41,116 nt of DNA from Rhodospirillales bacterium. GTDB taxonomy: Bacteria; Pseudomonadota; Alphaproteobacteria; Rhodospirillales; 2-12-FULL-67-15. Within the stretch, counting starts at the first letter, position 1. Each line of letters begins with the position of its first letter. Shown piece after piece: positions 30,271 through 37,471 of this stretch. The notes under the pieces were generated by a model that had not been told where the DNA came from, searched no databases, and saw only the letters and a program-made list of their open reading frames with translations. The stretch spans positions 1 through 41,116 of the forward strand of contig SHWG01000002.1 of assembly GCA_009693905.1 (NCBI GenBank). Direction: 5' to 3'. The position numbers and the translations under genes are program-made.

Positions 30271-30389
30271 GGGTGAGTAAAGTTCCCTCTCCCTTGCGGG
30301 AGAGGGAGTCTTATGTAGGCCCCGCACACCTCGCTCCACCCCTCACCCGGCCGCTAGCGCGGCCACCCTCTCCCGCAAGGGGAGAGGGA
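30271..30389. repeat. Diverged relative of the mosaic repeat, copy D (LLM-gntR convergent spacer)
   Basis: GGGTGAG and CCCCTCACCC ends. Two hairpins, CCCTCTCCC-TTGC-GGGAGAGGG (30285-30306) and CCCTCTCCC-GCAAG-GGGAGAGGG (30366-30388), plus GGCCGC-TAGC-GCGGCC. Preceded by three GGCGATGG direct repeats (30231-30259). Confidence 0.7.
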
Positions 30390-30394
30390 CTTTC

Positions 30395-31216
30395 TTACCG
30401 CCCCACCCCCGCCCCCTTCAACAAATCCACATCGAGCCGGACGCAGTCGCCGCGATAGACCATATCGGCGACGTAGATCGCCAGCCCTGAGCGGTTGACG
30501 ATGGCGCAATGGACCTCGGCGGTCGGCGCGTTCAAGGGGACGCGCAGGTATTCGGCGACTTCCGGGTCGGCACCGCCGATGGTCACGGTGTTGTAGGCGT
30601 GGGCGATCCGGGCGCGCTCATGGTGGACGAGAACCGGCAACGCGGTGTGGGCGAGAAATTCCTCCGGCGCGCGGTCGTAGACGGCGCGGTCGATGTGCAC
30701 CGAGACGACCGCGAACGGCACGCCATCGCGGTACTGGACGCTGCGCAGATACCGGTAGCCGGCGGGCGAATGGCGGCCGTCGCCCGGGCCCAGGCGCGGC
30801 AGCGGCGGCGGGCTCGCGACCGTCACGAACTTTGGCACGTTGACGGCGACGATGCTTGCGAGCGAGTCGAGATCGTTGGCGAGCCGGAGCCAGCGCCGCT
30901 CCGGCACCGCGCGGGCGACGAAGGTGCCCTTGCCCTGCTGGCTCCACACCAGCCCTTCCTTCACCAGGAGATCGACCGCCTGGCGCACGGTCACCCGCGC
31001 CACCTGAAACTCGCGCTCCAATCCTTCGAGGGTCGGGAGTTTTTGCCCAGGGCCAAAGGCCCCGTCCTCGATCCGGCGGCGAAGCAGGCCGGCGAGCTGG
31101 ATGTAAAGGGGAACGCGGCTGCGTCCGAAGGCGCGGGCGAGAGAGGCATTTTTCGTCCGCTTACGCGCATTATTCGATGCGCCCCTATCGGGGCGACGGC
31201 GCTTGGCGGGGATCAT
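30395..31216 (-). CDS. GntR-family transcriptional regulator (HutC/UTRA-like effector domain probable)
   Basis: Internal ATG 31216 (ATGA overlap with the pxpC stop). PLYIQLAGLLRRRIEDG...LPTLEGLEREFQVARVTVRQAVDLLVKEGL is a winged HTH. The N-terminal codons RPDRGASNNARKR are repeat-encoded. Confidence 0.85.
   Translation of the reverse strand: MIPAKRRRPDRGASNNARKRTKNASLARAFGRSRVPLYIQLAGLLRRRIEDGAFGPGQKLPTLEGLEREFQVARVTVRQAVDLLVKEGLVWSQQGKGTFVARAVPERRWLRLANDLDSLASIVAVNVPKFVTVASPPPLPRLGPGDGRHSPAGYRYLRSVQYRDGVPFAVVSVHIDRAVYDRAPEEFLAHTALPVLVHHERARIAHAYNTVTIGGADPEVAEYLRVPLNAPTAEVHCAIVNRSGLAIYVADMVYRGDCVRLDVDLLKGAGVGR
31164..31195 (-). repeat. Palindromic mini-element, GRGA module (short), gntR 5' codons
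   Basis: CGCGCATTATTCGATGCGCCCCTATCGGGGCG; compare CGCGCATTGAATGACGCGCCCCTGCCGGGGCG at 8559-8590. Encodes PDRGASNNARK. Confidence 0.75.
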
Positions 31217-32259
31217 CGGGCCTGTCCTCCTTCTTCGTCGGGCTCGCCGGCGACGACCCCGCTCACCAGGTTGGTGTCGTAGAGCCGGGCGGGATCGAAT
31301 TCGCCGCCCGCGGCCTTGAGATTGGAGGCCAAGGCCTCGATCTCGCCCGAGCGGCGGCGAGCCAAGATTTGCGCTTCGGCCACGGTGACGGCGGCAAAGC
31401 GCACTTTGTCGCCGGGGCCGAGCCGGCCGGCGCGGGGCAGATCGCAGGTCGCAACCGCGCCGATCTTGGGATAGCCGCCGGCGGTCTGGCGATCGGCGAT
31501 CAGCAGCACCGGGCGGCGGTCGCCCGGCACCTGGATCGCGCCGGTGACAATGCCGTCGGAAACGATGTCGTGGCCGCGAAGATGGGGCAATTCCGGACCT
31601 TCGAGGCGCAGCCCCATGCGGTCCGAGTTGCGCCCGACGGTGTAGGTGGAGGAACAGAGAATTTCGAAGGCCTCGGGCGCGAACAGGTCCGCTTGCGGCC
31701 CGGGGACGACGCGCAGGGGTCCGGATTCGTTTTTGGGGGCCGAGGACAAACACATGTCGGCGCGATCCGAGGCACCCGCGCGCTTCAAGGGAATCCGATC
31801 TCCACTTTTGAGGGCGCGGCCCTCGAAGCCGCCGAAATGGCCACGCACGTAAGTCGAGAGACTCCCGAGCACGGTTGGCAAATCGAACCCGCCTTCGATC
31901 GCGAGATAGGCGCACACCGACTGGCCGGTGCCCTTGACGAAAATACGCTGGCCGCGTTTCAACGTGACGCTCCGCCAGGGCGGAATTGTCCGGGCTCTCT
32001 CGCCTTCGACTTGAAGCGAGCCGCCAAAAGCCGCGAGCGCGACGCGCGCGCTTTCCGCTTCCACTTCCAGCGCCGGGCCGGCGTGGATGATTTCGAGGCC
32101 CGCCTCATAGGGCCCGTTGCCGACCAGGGCGTTGGCGAGCCTGAGCATCTCGGGATCGAGCGCGCCCGAAACCGGAACCCCTTGGGCCTGGAAGCCGAAC
32201 CGGCCCCGGTCTTGGACCGTGGTGTGGACGCCGGCCTGGCGAACGAGAAGCGCGCTCAC
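31213..32259 (-). CDS. pxpC: 5-oxoprolinase subunit C / KipA-type (allophanate hydrolase subunit 2 family)
   Basis: GTG 32259 (GTGA overlap with the pxpB stop). LLVRQAGVHTTVQDRGRFGFQAQGVPVSGALD is typical. Confidence 0.85.
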   Translation of the reverse strand: MSALLVRQAGVHTTVQDRGRFGFQAQGVPVSGALDPEMLRLANALVGNGPYEAGLEIIHAGPALEVEAESARVALAAFGGSLQVEGERARTIPPWRSVTLKRGQRIFVKGTGQSVCAYLAIEGGFDLPTVLGSLSTYVRGHFGGFEGRALKSGDRIPLKRAGASDRADMCLSSAPKNESGPLRVVPGPQADLFAPEAFEILCSSTYTVGRNSDRMGLRLEGPELPHLRGHDIVSDGIVTGAIQVPGDRRPVLLIADRQTAGGYPKIGAVATCDLPRAGRLGPGDKVRFAAVTVAEAQILARRRSGEIEALASNLKAAGGEFDPARLYDTNLVSGVVAGEPDEEGGQAR

Positions 32260-32993
32260 GCCACCGCCTCCTCGATCTCGATTTTGCCCCGCCCCGCGAC
32301 CCAATCGGCGCGGATGGCGTCGAAGGATTTCCGCTCGATGGGATGGAAGCGCACCAGATCGCCGGGGCGGAGCAGCGCCGGGGGCGATTTGGTCATGTCG
32401 CACATCTCGACCGGCACGACCCCGATCAGGCGCCAGCCGCCCGGGCTTTCGAGCGGATAGATGCCGGTCTGGCCGAAAGCGATGGCGAGCGAGCGCGCCG
32501 GCACCCGCACCCGGGGGGTCTCGATCCGGGGCATGCGCAGCGCATCGGGCACGTCGCCCATGTAGGCGTAGCCGGGCAGAAATCCGAGCATATAGACGTG
32601 GTAATCGACCGAAGCATGGAGCCGGATGGCGTCGGCCCGCGACAGGCCGGCGTGGGCCGCGACTTCGGCGAGATCAGGCCCGAAGTCCTCGTCGTAGCAG
32701 GCGGGCATATGCACGCGGCGTACTTTGCGGCCCGCACCGGCGCCTGAGCCGAGCAGCCCGCGCACCCCGGCGATCGCGCCGTCGAAATCGAGGACGAGCG
32801 GGTCGTAGAACACCAAGAGCGAGCGGAACGTCGGGACGACCTCGGAGATTCCGGGAACGGCGGCGGCGCGGACCGCGTCGGCCAGGCGGTTGACCCGCGC
32901 GCTGACGGCGCGATCGATGCGATCGCCGAATTCGACCACCAAGGCGGCATCGCCCTGGGCCAGGAACCTGGGCTCGATGGTTTGGGCTTCCAT
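32256..32993 (-). CDS. pxpB: 5-oxoprolinase subunit B / KipI-type (allophanate hydrolase subunit 1 family)
   Basis: 245 aa with GDAALVVEFGD...VPTFRSLLVFYDP...GFLPGYAYMG. Confidence 0.85.
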   Translation of the reverse strand: MEAQTIEPRFLAQGDAALVVEFGDRIDRAVSARVNRLADAVRAAAVPGISEVVPTFRSLLVFYDPLVLDFDGAIAGVRGLLGSGAGAGRKVRRVHMPACYDEDFGPDLAEVAAHAGLSRADAIRLHASVDYHVYMLGFLPGYAYMGDVPDALRMPRIETPRVRVPARSLAIAFGQTGIYPLESPGGWRLIGVVPVEMCDMTKSPPALLRPGDLVRFHPIERKSFDAIRADWVAGRGKIEIEEAVA

Positions 32994-33129
32994 GGGCCGC
33001 CTCGACCTGCTGGGACTCCCTCGAACTTCGTTGTCCGAAAAGGATAATGCGACTTTGTTGTTCTATACTTGATAAAAGTTTTCCGGGCAATTACCCTTTC
33101 GCTTCGCGCCCCATCCCGAGGATCGTCGC
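32994..33129. promoter_or_regulatory. Divergent pxpBC-gntR / pxpA-npdG control region
   Basis: 136-nt spacer with an AT-rich core: TTGTTGTTCTATACTTGATAAAAG. GTTCTATAC loosely resembles a GT..TA..AC HutC-type half-palindrome. No search was done. Confidence 0.3.
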
Positions 33130-33906
33130 ATGACCCGCATGATCAACCTCAACGCCGACATGGGCGAGGGCTTCGGCGCCTGGGACATGGGCAACGACGA
33201 GGCCCTGCTCGGGATCGTCACTTCCGCCAACGTCGCCTGCGGCTTTCACGCCGGCGACCCCACGGTCATGCACGGTTTGGTCACCCGCGCCAAGAAACGC
33301 GGCGTCAGCGTCGGGGCGCATCCCGGCTTCAACGACATTTGGGGCTTCGGGCGGCGACGGATCGACATGAAGCCGGCCGACCTCGAATACATGATCGCCT
33401 ACCAGATCGGCGCGCTGCAGGGGATCGCCGCCTACGCCGGAACCCGGGTCACCCACGTCAAGCCGCACGGCGCGCTCTACAACATGGCGTCCGAGAACGA
33501 GGACTACGCGCTCGCCATCGGCCGGGGGATCAAGACCGTCGATCCGAAGTTGATCTACGTGCTGCTGTCGGGCTCGGTGATGGAGAAGGCGGCGGAGAAA
33601 CTCGGGCTCACATACGCGCGCGAAGGCTTCGTCGATCGCCTCTACGAGGACGACGGCAATCTGACCTCGCGCAAGATCGAGGGCGCGGTGATCCGCGACC
33701 CGAAGCTCGCCGCCGAGCGGGTGGTGCGCATGGTGCTCGACGGCGAGCTGACCTCGCGCCAGGGCAAGAAAATAAAGTGCCGGGTCGATTCCCTGTGCGT
33801 CCACGGCGACGAGCCGACCGCGGTCGCGGTCGCCACCGCCGCCCGCGACGCCCTCGTCGCCGCCGGGGTCCGGGTCGTGCCTTTGCCCGAGATGAATCTT
33901 GGCTGA
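33130..33906 (+). CDS. pxpA: 5-oxoprolinase subunit A (LamB/YcsF family)
   Basis: 258 aa with LNADMGEGFG and ACGFHAGDP motifs. Confidence 0.9.
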   Translation: MTRMINLNADMGEGFGAWDMGNDEALLGIVTSANVACGFHAGDPTVMHGLVTRAKKRGVSVGAHPGFNDIWGFGRRRIDMKPADLEYMIAYQIGALQGIAAYAGTRVTHVKPHGALYNMASENEDYALAIGRGIKTVDPKLIYVLLSGSVMEKAAEKLGLTYAREGFVDRLYEDDGNLTSRKIEGAVIRDPKLAAERVVRMVLDGELTSRQGKKIKCRVDSLCVHGDEPTAVAVATAARDALVAAGVRVVPLPEMNLG

Positions 33907-34570
33907 ATCTTCAAAACCGACGATCGCGGTGATCGGCGGCACCGGCGCGCTCGGTTCGGGCCTCGCCAAGCGCCTCGCCCGGGCCGGCTATCCCATCGTT
34001 ATCGGCTCGCGCGATCCGGCCAAGGCGAAGGCCGCGGCCGCCGGGTTCGAGCAAGGTTCCGTTCGCGGCGCGGGCCAGGCCGACGCGGCTGGCGAAGCTT
34101 CGGTGGTGATCCTCGCGGTGCCTTTTGCCAGTCAAGCGGAGACCCTTGCCGCCATCGCGCCCGGGTGCGCGGGCAAGCTCGTCATCGACACCACCGTGCC
34201 GCTGGTGCCGCCCAAGGTCGGCACCGTCCAGTTGCCGGCGGACGGCGTCGCGGCGGCGCGCACCCGCCGCGCCCTCGATCCCTCTGCCCGGGTGGTGTCG
34301 GCGTTCCACAACGTTTCCGCCGCCAAGCTCCAGGGCGACGGCGAAATCGAATGCGACGTGCTCGTTTTCGGCGACGACGCCGAAGCGCGCGCGACCGTGA
34401 TCGGGCTGGTCGAGGCGGCGGGCTTGCGCGGCTTTCACGGCGGGCCGCTCGCCAATTCGATCGCCGCCGAGGCGCTGACCTCGGTTCTCATCACCATCAA
34501 CCGCCTCTACAAGGTGGACGGCGCCGGCATCCGCATCGTCGGCAAGAAAACCGACGGCACCGCGCTTTAG
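33899..34570 (+). CDS. npdG: NADPH-dependent F420 reductase (NpdG/Fno type)
   Basis: 223 aa. IAVIGGTGALGSGLAKRLARAGYPIVIGSRD is a Rossmann N-terminus. The TTG start overlaps the pxpA 3' end by 8 nt. Confidence 0.8.
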   Translation: MAESSKPTIAVIGGTGALGSGLAKRLARAGYPIVIGSRDPAKAKAAAAGFEQGSVRGAGQADAAGEASVVILAVPFASQAETLAAIAPGCAGKLVIDTTVPLVPPKVGTVQLPADGVAAARTRRALDPSARVVSAFHNVSAAKLQGDGEIECDVLVFGDDAEARATVIGLVEAAGLRGFHGGPLANSIAAEALTSVLITINRLYKVDGAGIRIVGKKTDGTAL

Positions 34571-34578
34571 GGGGGTGA

Positions 34579-34781
34579 GATCGAATGGAATCATCCCCCC
34601 TCACCCGTCAGAACCGCTTTGCGGTTCGACCGGGTAAGGCGCGGCCCGAGCGCCGCGCCAACCCCCCTCGCGCGCTCTTCGCGCGCGAAAAACGGTTGCC
34701 GGCAAAGCCGGCGGGGCAACCCTCTCCCCCCGCGAGTAGCGGGGGGAGAGGGAAGGGTGAGGGGGGTGGTGCCATTCGATC
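34579..34781 (-). repeat. Mosaic BIME/MITE-like repeat, copy B (npdG-cofE spacer), inverted relative to A and C
   Basis: Outer inverted arms GATCGAATGG (34579-88) and CCATTCGATC (34772-81). 34631-34733 is a 103-nt perfect match to the reverse complement of copy A. Carries an extra hairpin cassette GTCAGAACCGC-TTT-GCGGTTCGAC. Confidence 0.9.
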
Positions 34782-34806
34782 GCTATCCACTCCGGGAGAG
34801 TGACTC

Positions 34807-35568
34807 GTGCCCGCCGTCACCCTGATCCCGGTTCCCGGCCTGCCGCTGGTCCGGGCCAACGACGATCTTTCCCAACTGATCGCCGCCGCGCTGGAGCGCG
34901 AAGGACTCGGCCTCGAAGACGGCGACATCGTCGCGGCAGCCCAGAAGATCGTCTCCAAGGCGGAAGGGCGGCAGGTCGCGCTCGCCACCGTCGCGCCCGG
35001 ACCCCGCGCCCGCGAAATCGCCAAGACCGTGGGCAAGGACCCGCGCCTGGTCGAATTGATTCTTTCCGAATCGCGGGCGGTGGTGCGAACCGCCCCCAAC
35101 GTCCTGATCGTCGAGCACCGGTTGGGGTTCGTGATGGCCAACGGGGGCGTCGATCAATCGAACGTCGACGCCAAAGGCGGCGAGGCGGCGCTGCTGCTGC
35201 CCCTCGACCCGGACGGGTCGGCGGCGCGCCTGAAAGTATCGCTCGAAGTGCGTTATGCCTGCCGGCTCGGCGTCGTCGTCACCGACAGCTTCGGCCGGCC
35301 GTGGCGGAACGGGGTCGTGGGCGTTTGTCTCGGCGCCGCCGGAATCCCAGCGCTCCGCGACCGGCGCGGGTCGCCCGACTTGTTCGGCCGGGCCTTGCGC
35401 GTGACCGAGATCGCGATGGGCGACGAGATCGCCGCCGCCGCGTCGCTTTTGATGGGCGCGGCCGACGAGGGGATTCCGGTCGTGATCGTGCGCGGGTTCA
35501 AACTCGAAGGCCCGGACGCTCCCGCGGCGGCGTTGATCCGCGACCGCGCCCTCGATCTGTTCCGCTGA
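34807..35568 (+). CDS. cofE: Coenzyme F420-0:L-glutamate ligase CofE (stand-alone, no nitroreductase domain)
   Basis: 253 aa with KIVSKAEGR and ANGGVDQSN motifs. GTG start with GGGAGAG 6 nt upstream. Confidence 0.88.
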   Translation: MPAVTLIPVPGLPLVRANDDLSQLIAAALEREGLGLEDGDIVAAAQKIVSKAEGRQVALATVAPGPRAREIAKTVGKDPRLVELILSESRAVVRTAPNVLIVEHRLGFVMANGGVDQSNVDAKGGEAALLLPLDPDGSAARLKVSLEVRYACRLGVVVTDSFGRPWRNGVVGVCLGAAGIPALRDRRGSPDLFGRALRVTEIAMGDEIAAAASLLMGAADEGIPVVIVRGFKLEGPDAPAAALIRDRALDLFR

Positions 35569-35590
35569 GACGGCATCAACTTGACTGGAC

Positions 35591-35711
35591 CCCCCCTCAC
35601 CCTTCCCTCTCCCCCCGCGACTTGCGGGGGGAGAGGGTTGCGCAGGGCTGGCGCGGCGCGAGCCGCGCCTTATCCGGTCGAACCGCAAAGCGGTTCGACG
35701 GGTGAAGGGGG
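35591..35711 (+). repeat. Mosaic repeat, copy C (cofE-cofD spacer), short variant
   Basis: CCCCCCTCACCC...GGGTGAAGGGGG ends. Contains the CTCTCCCCCCGC/GCGGGGGGAGAG hairpin, the GGCGCGGC/GCCGCGCC hairpin and the GTCGAACCGC-AAA-GCGGTTCGAC cassette. Lacks the central cassettes of A and B. Confidence 0.85.
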
Positions 35712-35750
35712 AACGGTTCCGGTCGGTGCTAAAATATTCCGGACTGGCCC

Positions 35751-36719
35751 ATGAGCGAGTCTTCCGTTTTTCTTTCCGGCCACGTCGTTGTCCTATCGGG
35801 CGGGGTCGGCGGTGCGCGCATGGCGCGCGGGCTCGCGCGCGCGCTCGGCAATCCCGCCCGGCTTACGGTCGCGGTCAACACCGCCGACGATTTCGTTCAT
35901 CTCGGGTTCGCCGTCAGCCCCGATCTCGACACGGTGCTCTATACGCTCGCCGGGATCGAAAACCCGGTCGAGGGCTGGGGCCGCGCCGACGAAACCTGGT
36001 CGTTCATGGCGACGCTCGATCGGCTCGGCGGCGAAACCTGGTTCCAGCTCGGCGACAAGGACCTCGCGCTCCACGTGTTCCGCACCCAAGCCCTGGCCCA
36101 AGGCCGCACCCTTTCCGCCGTCACCGCCGAGCTTTGCCGGCGGTTCGATATCAGCGTCGAGATTCTGCCGATGACCGACGATCGCGTCACGACGGTGGTC
36201 GAGACCGAAGAAGGCCCGCTCGCTTTCCAGGATTATTTCGTTCGCCGGCGCTGCCAGCCCAAGATCAAGGGCTTCCGCTTCATCGGCTCCGACGACGCGA
36301 GGCCGTCCGCGCGCCTGATCGAGCGCCTCAAGGACACCGCCCTCGGCGCCGTCGTCCTCGGGCCGTCGAACCCGTTCGTCAGCATCGCCCCAATACTCGC
36401 CGTGCCGGGGGTGCGGGCGGCGCTCGAAGCCTGTCCGGCGCCGATCGTCGCCGTTTCCCCCCTGGTCGGGGGCGCCGCGGTCAAGGGCCCCGCCGCCAAG
36501 ATGATCGCCGAGTTGGGCCAAACCCCCTCGGTCGGCTGGGTCGCCGAACACTACGCCGGGCTCATTGACGGGATCGTGGTCGACGAGGCCGACCGGGCGG
36601 CGGCGGGAGCGATCCGGGGCCCCCGCGTCCGGGTCGCGAAAACGGTGATGCGGAGCGACGCCGATCGCGCCACACTGGCCGCCGAGGTTCTCGGCTTCGC
36701 CCTGGAGATCGGTTCATGA
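35751..36719 (+). CDS. cofD: 2-phospho-L-lactate transferase CofD/FbiA
   Basis: 322 aa with VVVLSGGVGGARMARGL, plus typical CofD motifs. Confidence 0.9.
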   Translation: MSESSVFLSGHVVVLSGGVGGARMARGLARALGNPARLTVAVNTADDFVHLGFAVSPDLDTVLYTLAGIENPVEGWGRADETWSFMATLDRLGGETWFQLGDKDLALHVFRTQALAQGRTLSAVTAELCRRFDISVEILPMTDDRVTTVVETEEGPLAFQDYFVRRRCQPKIKGFRFIGSDDARPSARLIERLKDTALGAVVLGPSNPFVSIAPILAVPGVRAALEACPAPIVAVSPLVGGAAVKGPAAKMIAELGQTPSVGWVAEHYAGLIDGIVVDEADRAAAGAIRGPRVRVAKTVMRSDADRATLAAEVLGFALEIGS

Positions 36720-37471
36720 GCCGCGCGTTTCCCGTTTTCGCCCTGGTTCCGGTTCGCGCTTTTCCCGAAGGCAAAAAGCGGTTGGCGCCGCTCATGTCAC
36801 CCGAAGAAAGGGCCATGCTTGCGAAAACCATGCTCGAAGACGTGCTCGATTGTCTCGGCCGTTCGCCCGCCGTCGAGGGGATCGCGGTCGTGACCGACGA
36901 CGCGGACGCCGCCGCGCTCGCCCTCGACCATGGCGCGCGGGTGCTGCCCGATGCGCCGGAACCGAACGGCGGCCTCAACGCCAGCCTCGCCGGCGCCGCC
37001 GCCTGGCTTCGCGCGACGCACCCCGGCAGGGGTGCATCATTTGATGCGCGCGGGGTTAAGCCCGCGCGACCCGGACGGGCGACGCTCATTATCCATGCCG
37101 ACCTGCCCGCCGCGACCCCCGAAGACATCGCCGCGTTGGTCGCCGAAGACGCCGAAATCGTGCTCGCCCGCGCCCACGACGGCGGGACCAACGCGATGCT
37201 GCTCCGCCCCGGCGTTTCGCTCCCGTTCGCGTTCGGGCCTGAGAGTTGCGCCCGCCACCAGGCCGCCGCCCGCGCCGCCGGGCTTTCGGTCGCCGTCGTC
37301 GAGCGCCCCGGACTTTCCCTCGACCTCGACCGGCCGGAAGACGTCGCGGCGTACCTCGCCCGAGCCGGGAACTCGCGCACCCTTGGCCTGTTGCACCGGC
37401 AGGGCATCCCGGCCCGGCGGCGCGCATTAAATGATGCACCCCTACCGGCGCGCGCGAGGACGGATTCATGA
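36716..37471 (+). CDS. cofC: CofC/FbiD-type guanylyltransferase of F420 biosynthesis, with two repeat insertions
   Basis: ALVPVRAFPEGKKRLAPLMSPEERAMLAKTMLEDVL and IIHADLP motifs. 251 aa versus roughly 210-225 for characterised homologues (from memory). ATGA overlaps at both ends. Confidence 0.85.
   Translation: MSRAFPVFALVPVRAFPEGKKRLAPLMSPEERAMLAKTMLEDVLDCLGRSPAVEGIAVVTDDADAAALALDHGARVLPDAPEPNGGLNASLAGAAAWLRATHPGRGASFDARGVKPARPGRATLIIHADLPAATPEDIAALVAEDAEIVLARAHDGGTNAMLLRPGVSLPFAFGPESCARHQAAARAAGLSVAVVERPGLSLDLDRPEDVAAYLARAGNSRTLGLLHRQGIPARRRALNDAPLPARARTDS
37021..37068 (+). repeat. Palindromic mini-element, GRGA module, internal to cofC
   Basis: CCCCGGCAGGGGTGCATCATTTGATGCGCGCGGGGTTAAGCCCGCGCG, with sub-palindromes GCATCA-TT-TGATGC and CGCGCGGG-GTTAAG-CCCGCGCG. 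Encodes [16 protein letters not shown]. Confidence 0.9.
37421..37448 (-). repeat. Palindromic mini-element, GRGA module (short), opposite orientation, cofC 3' codons just 5' of the fbiC SD
   Basis: CGCGCATTAAATGATGCACCCCTACCGG is the reverse complement of the head of the 37021 copy. Read on the other strand it gives [12 protein letters not shown]. Confidence 0.85.
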
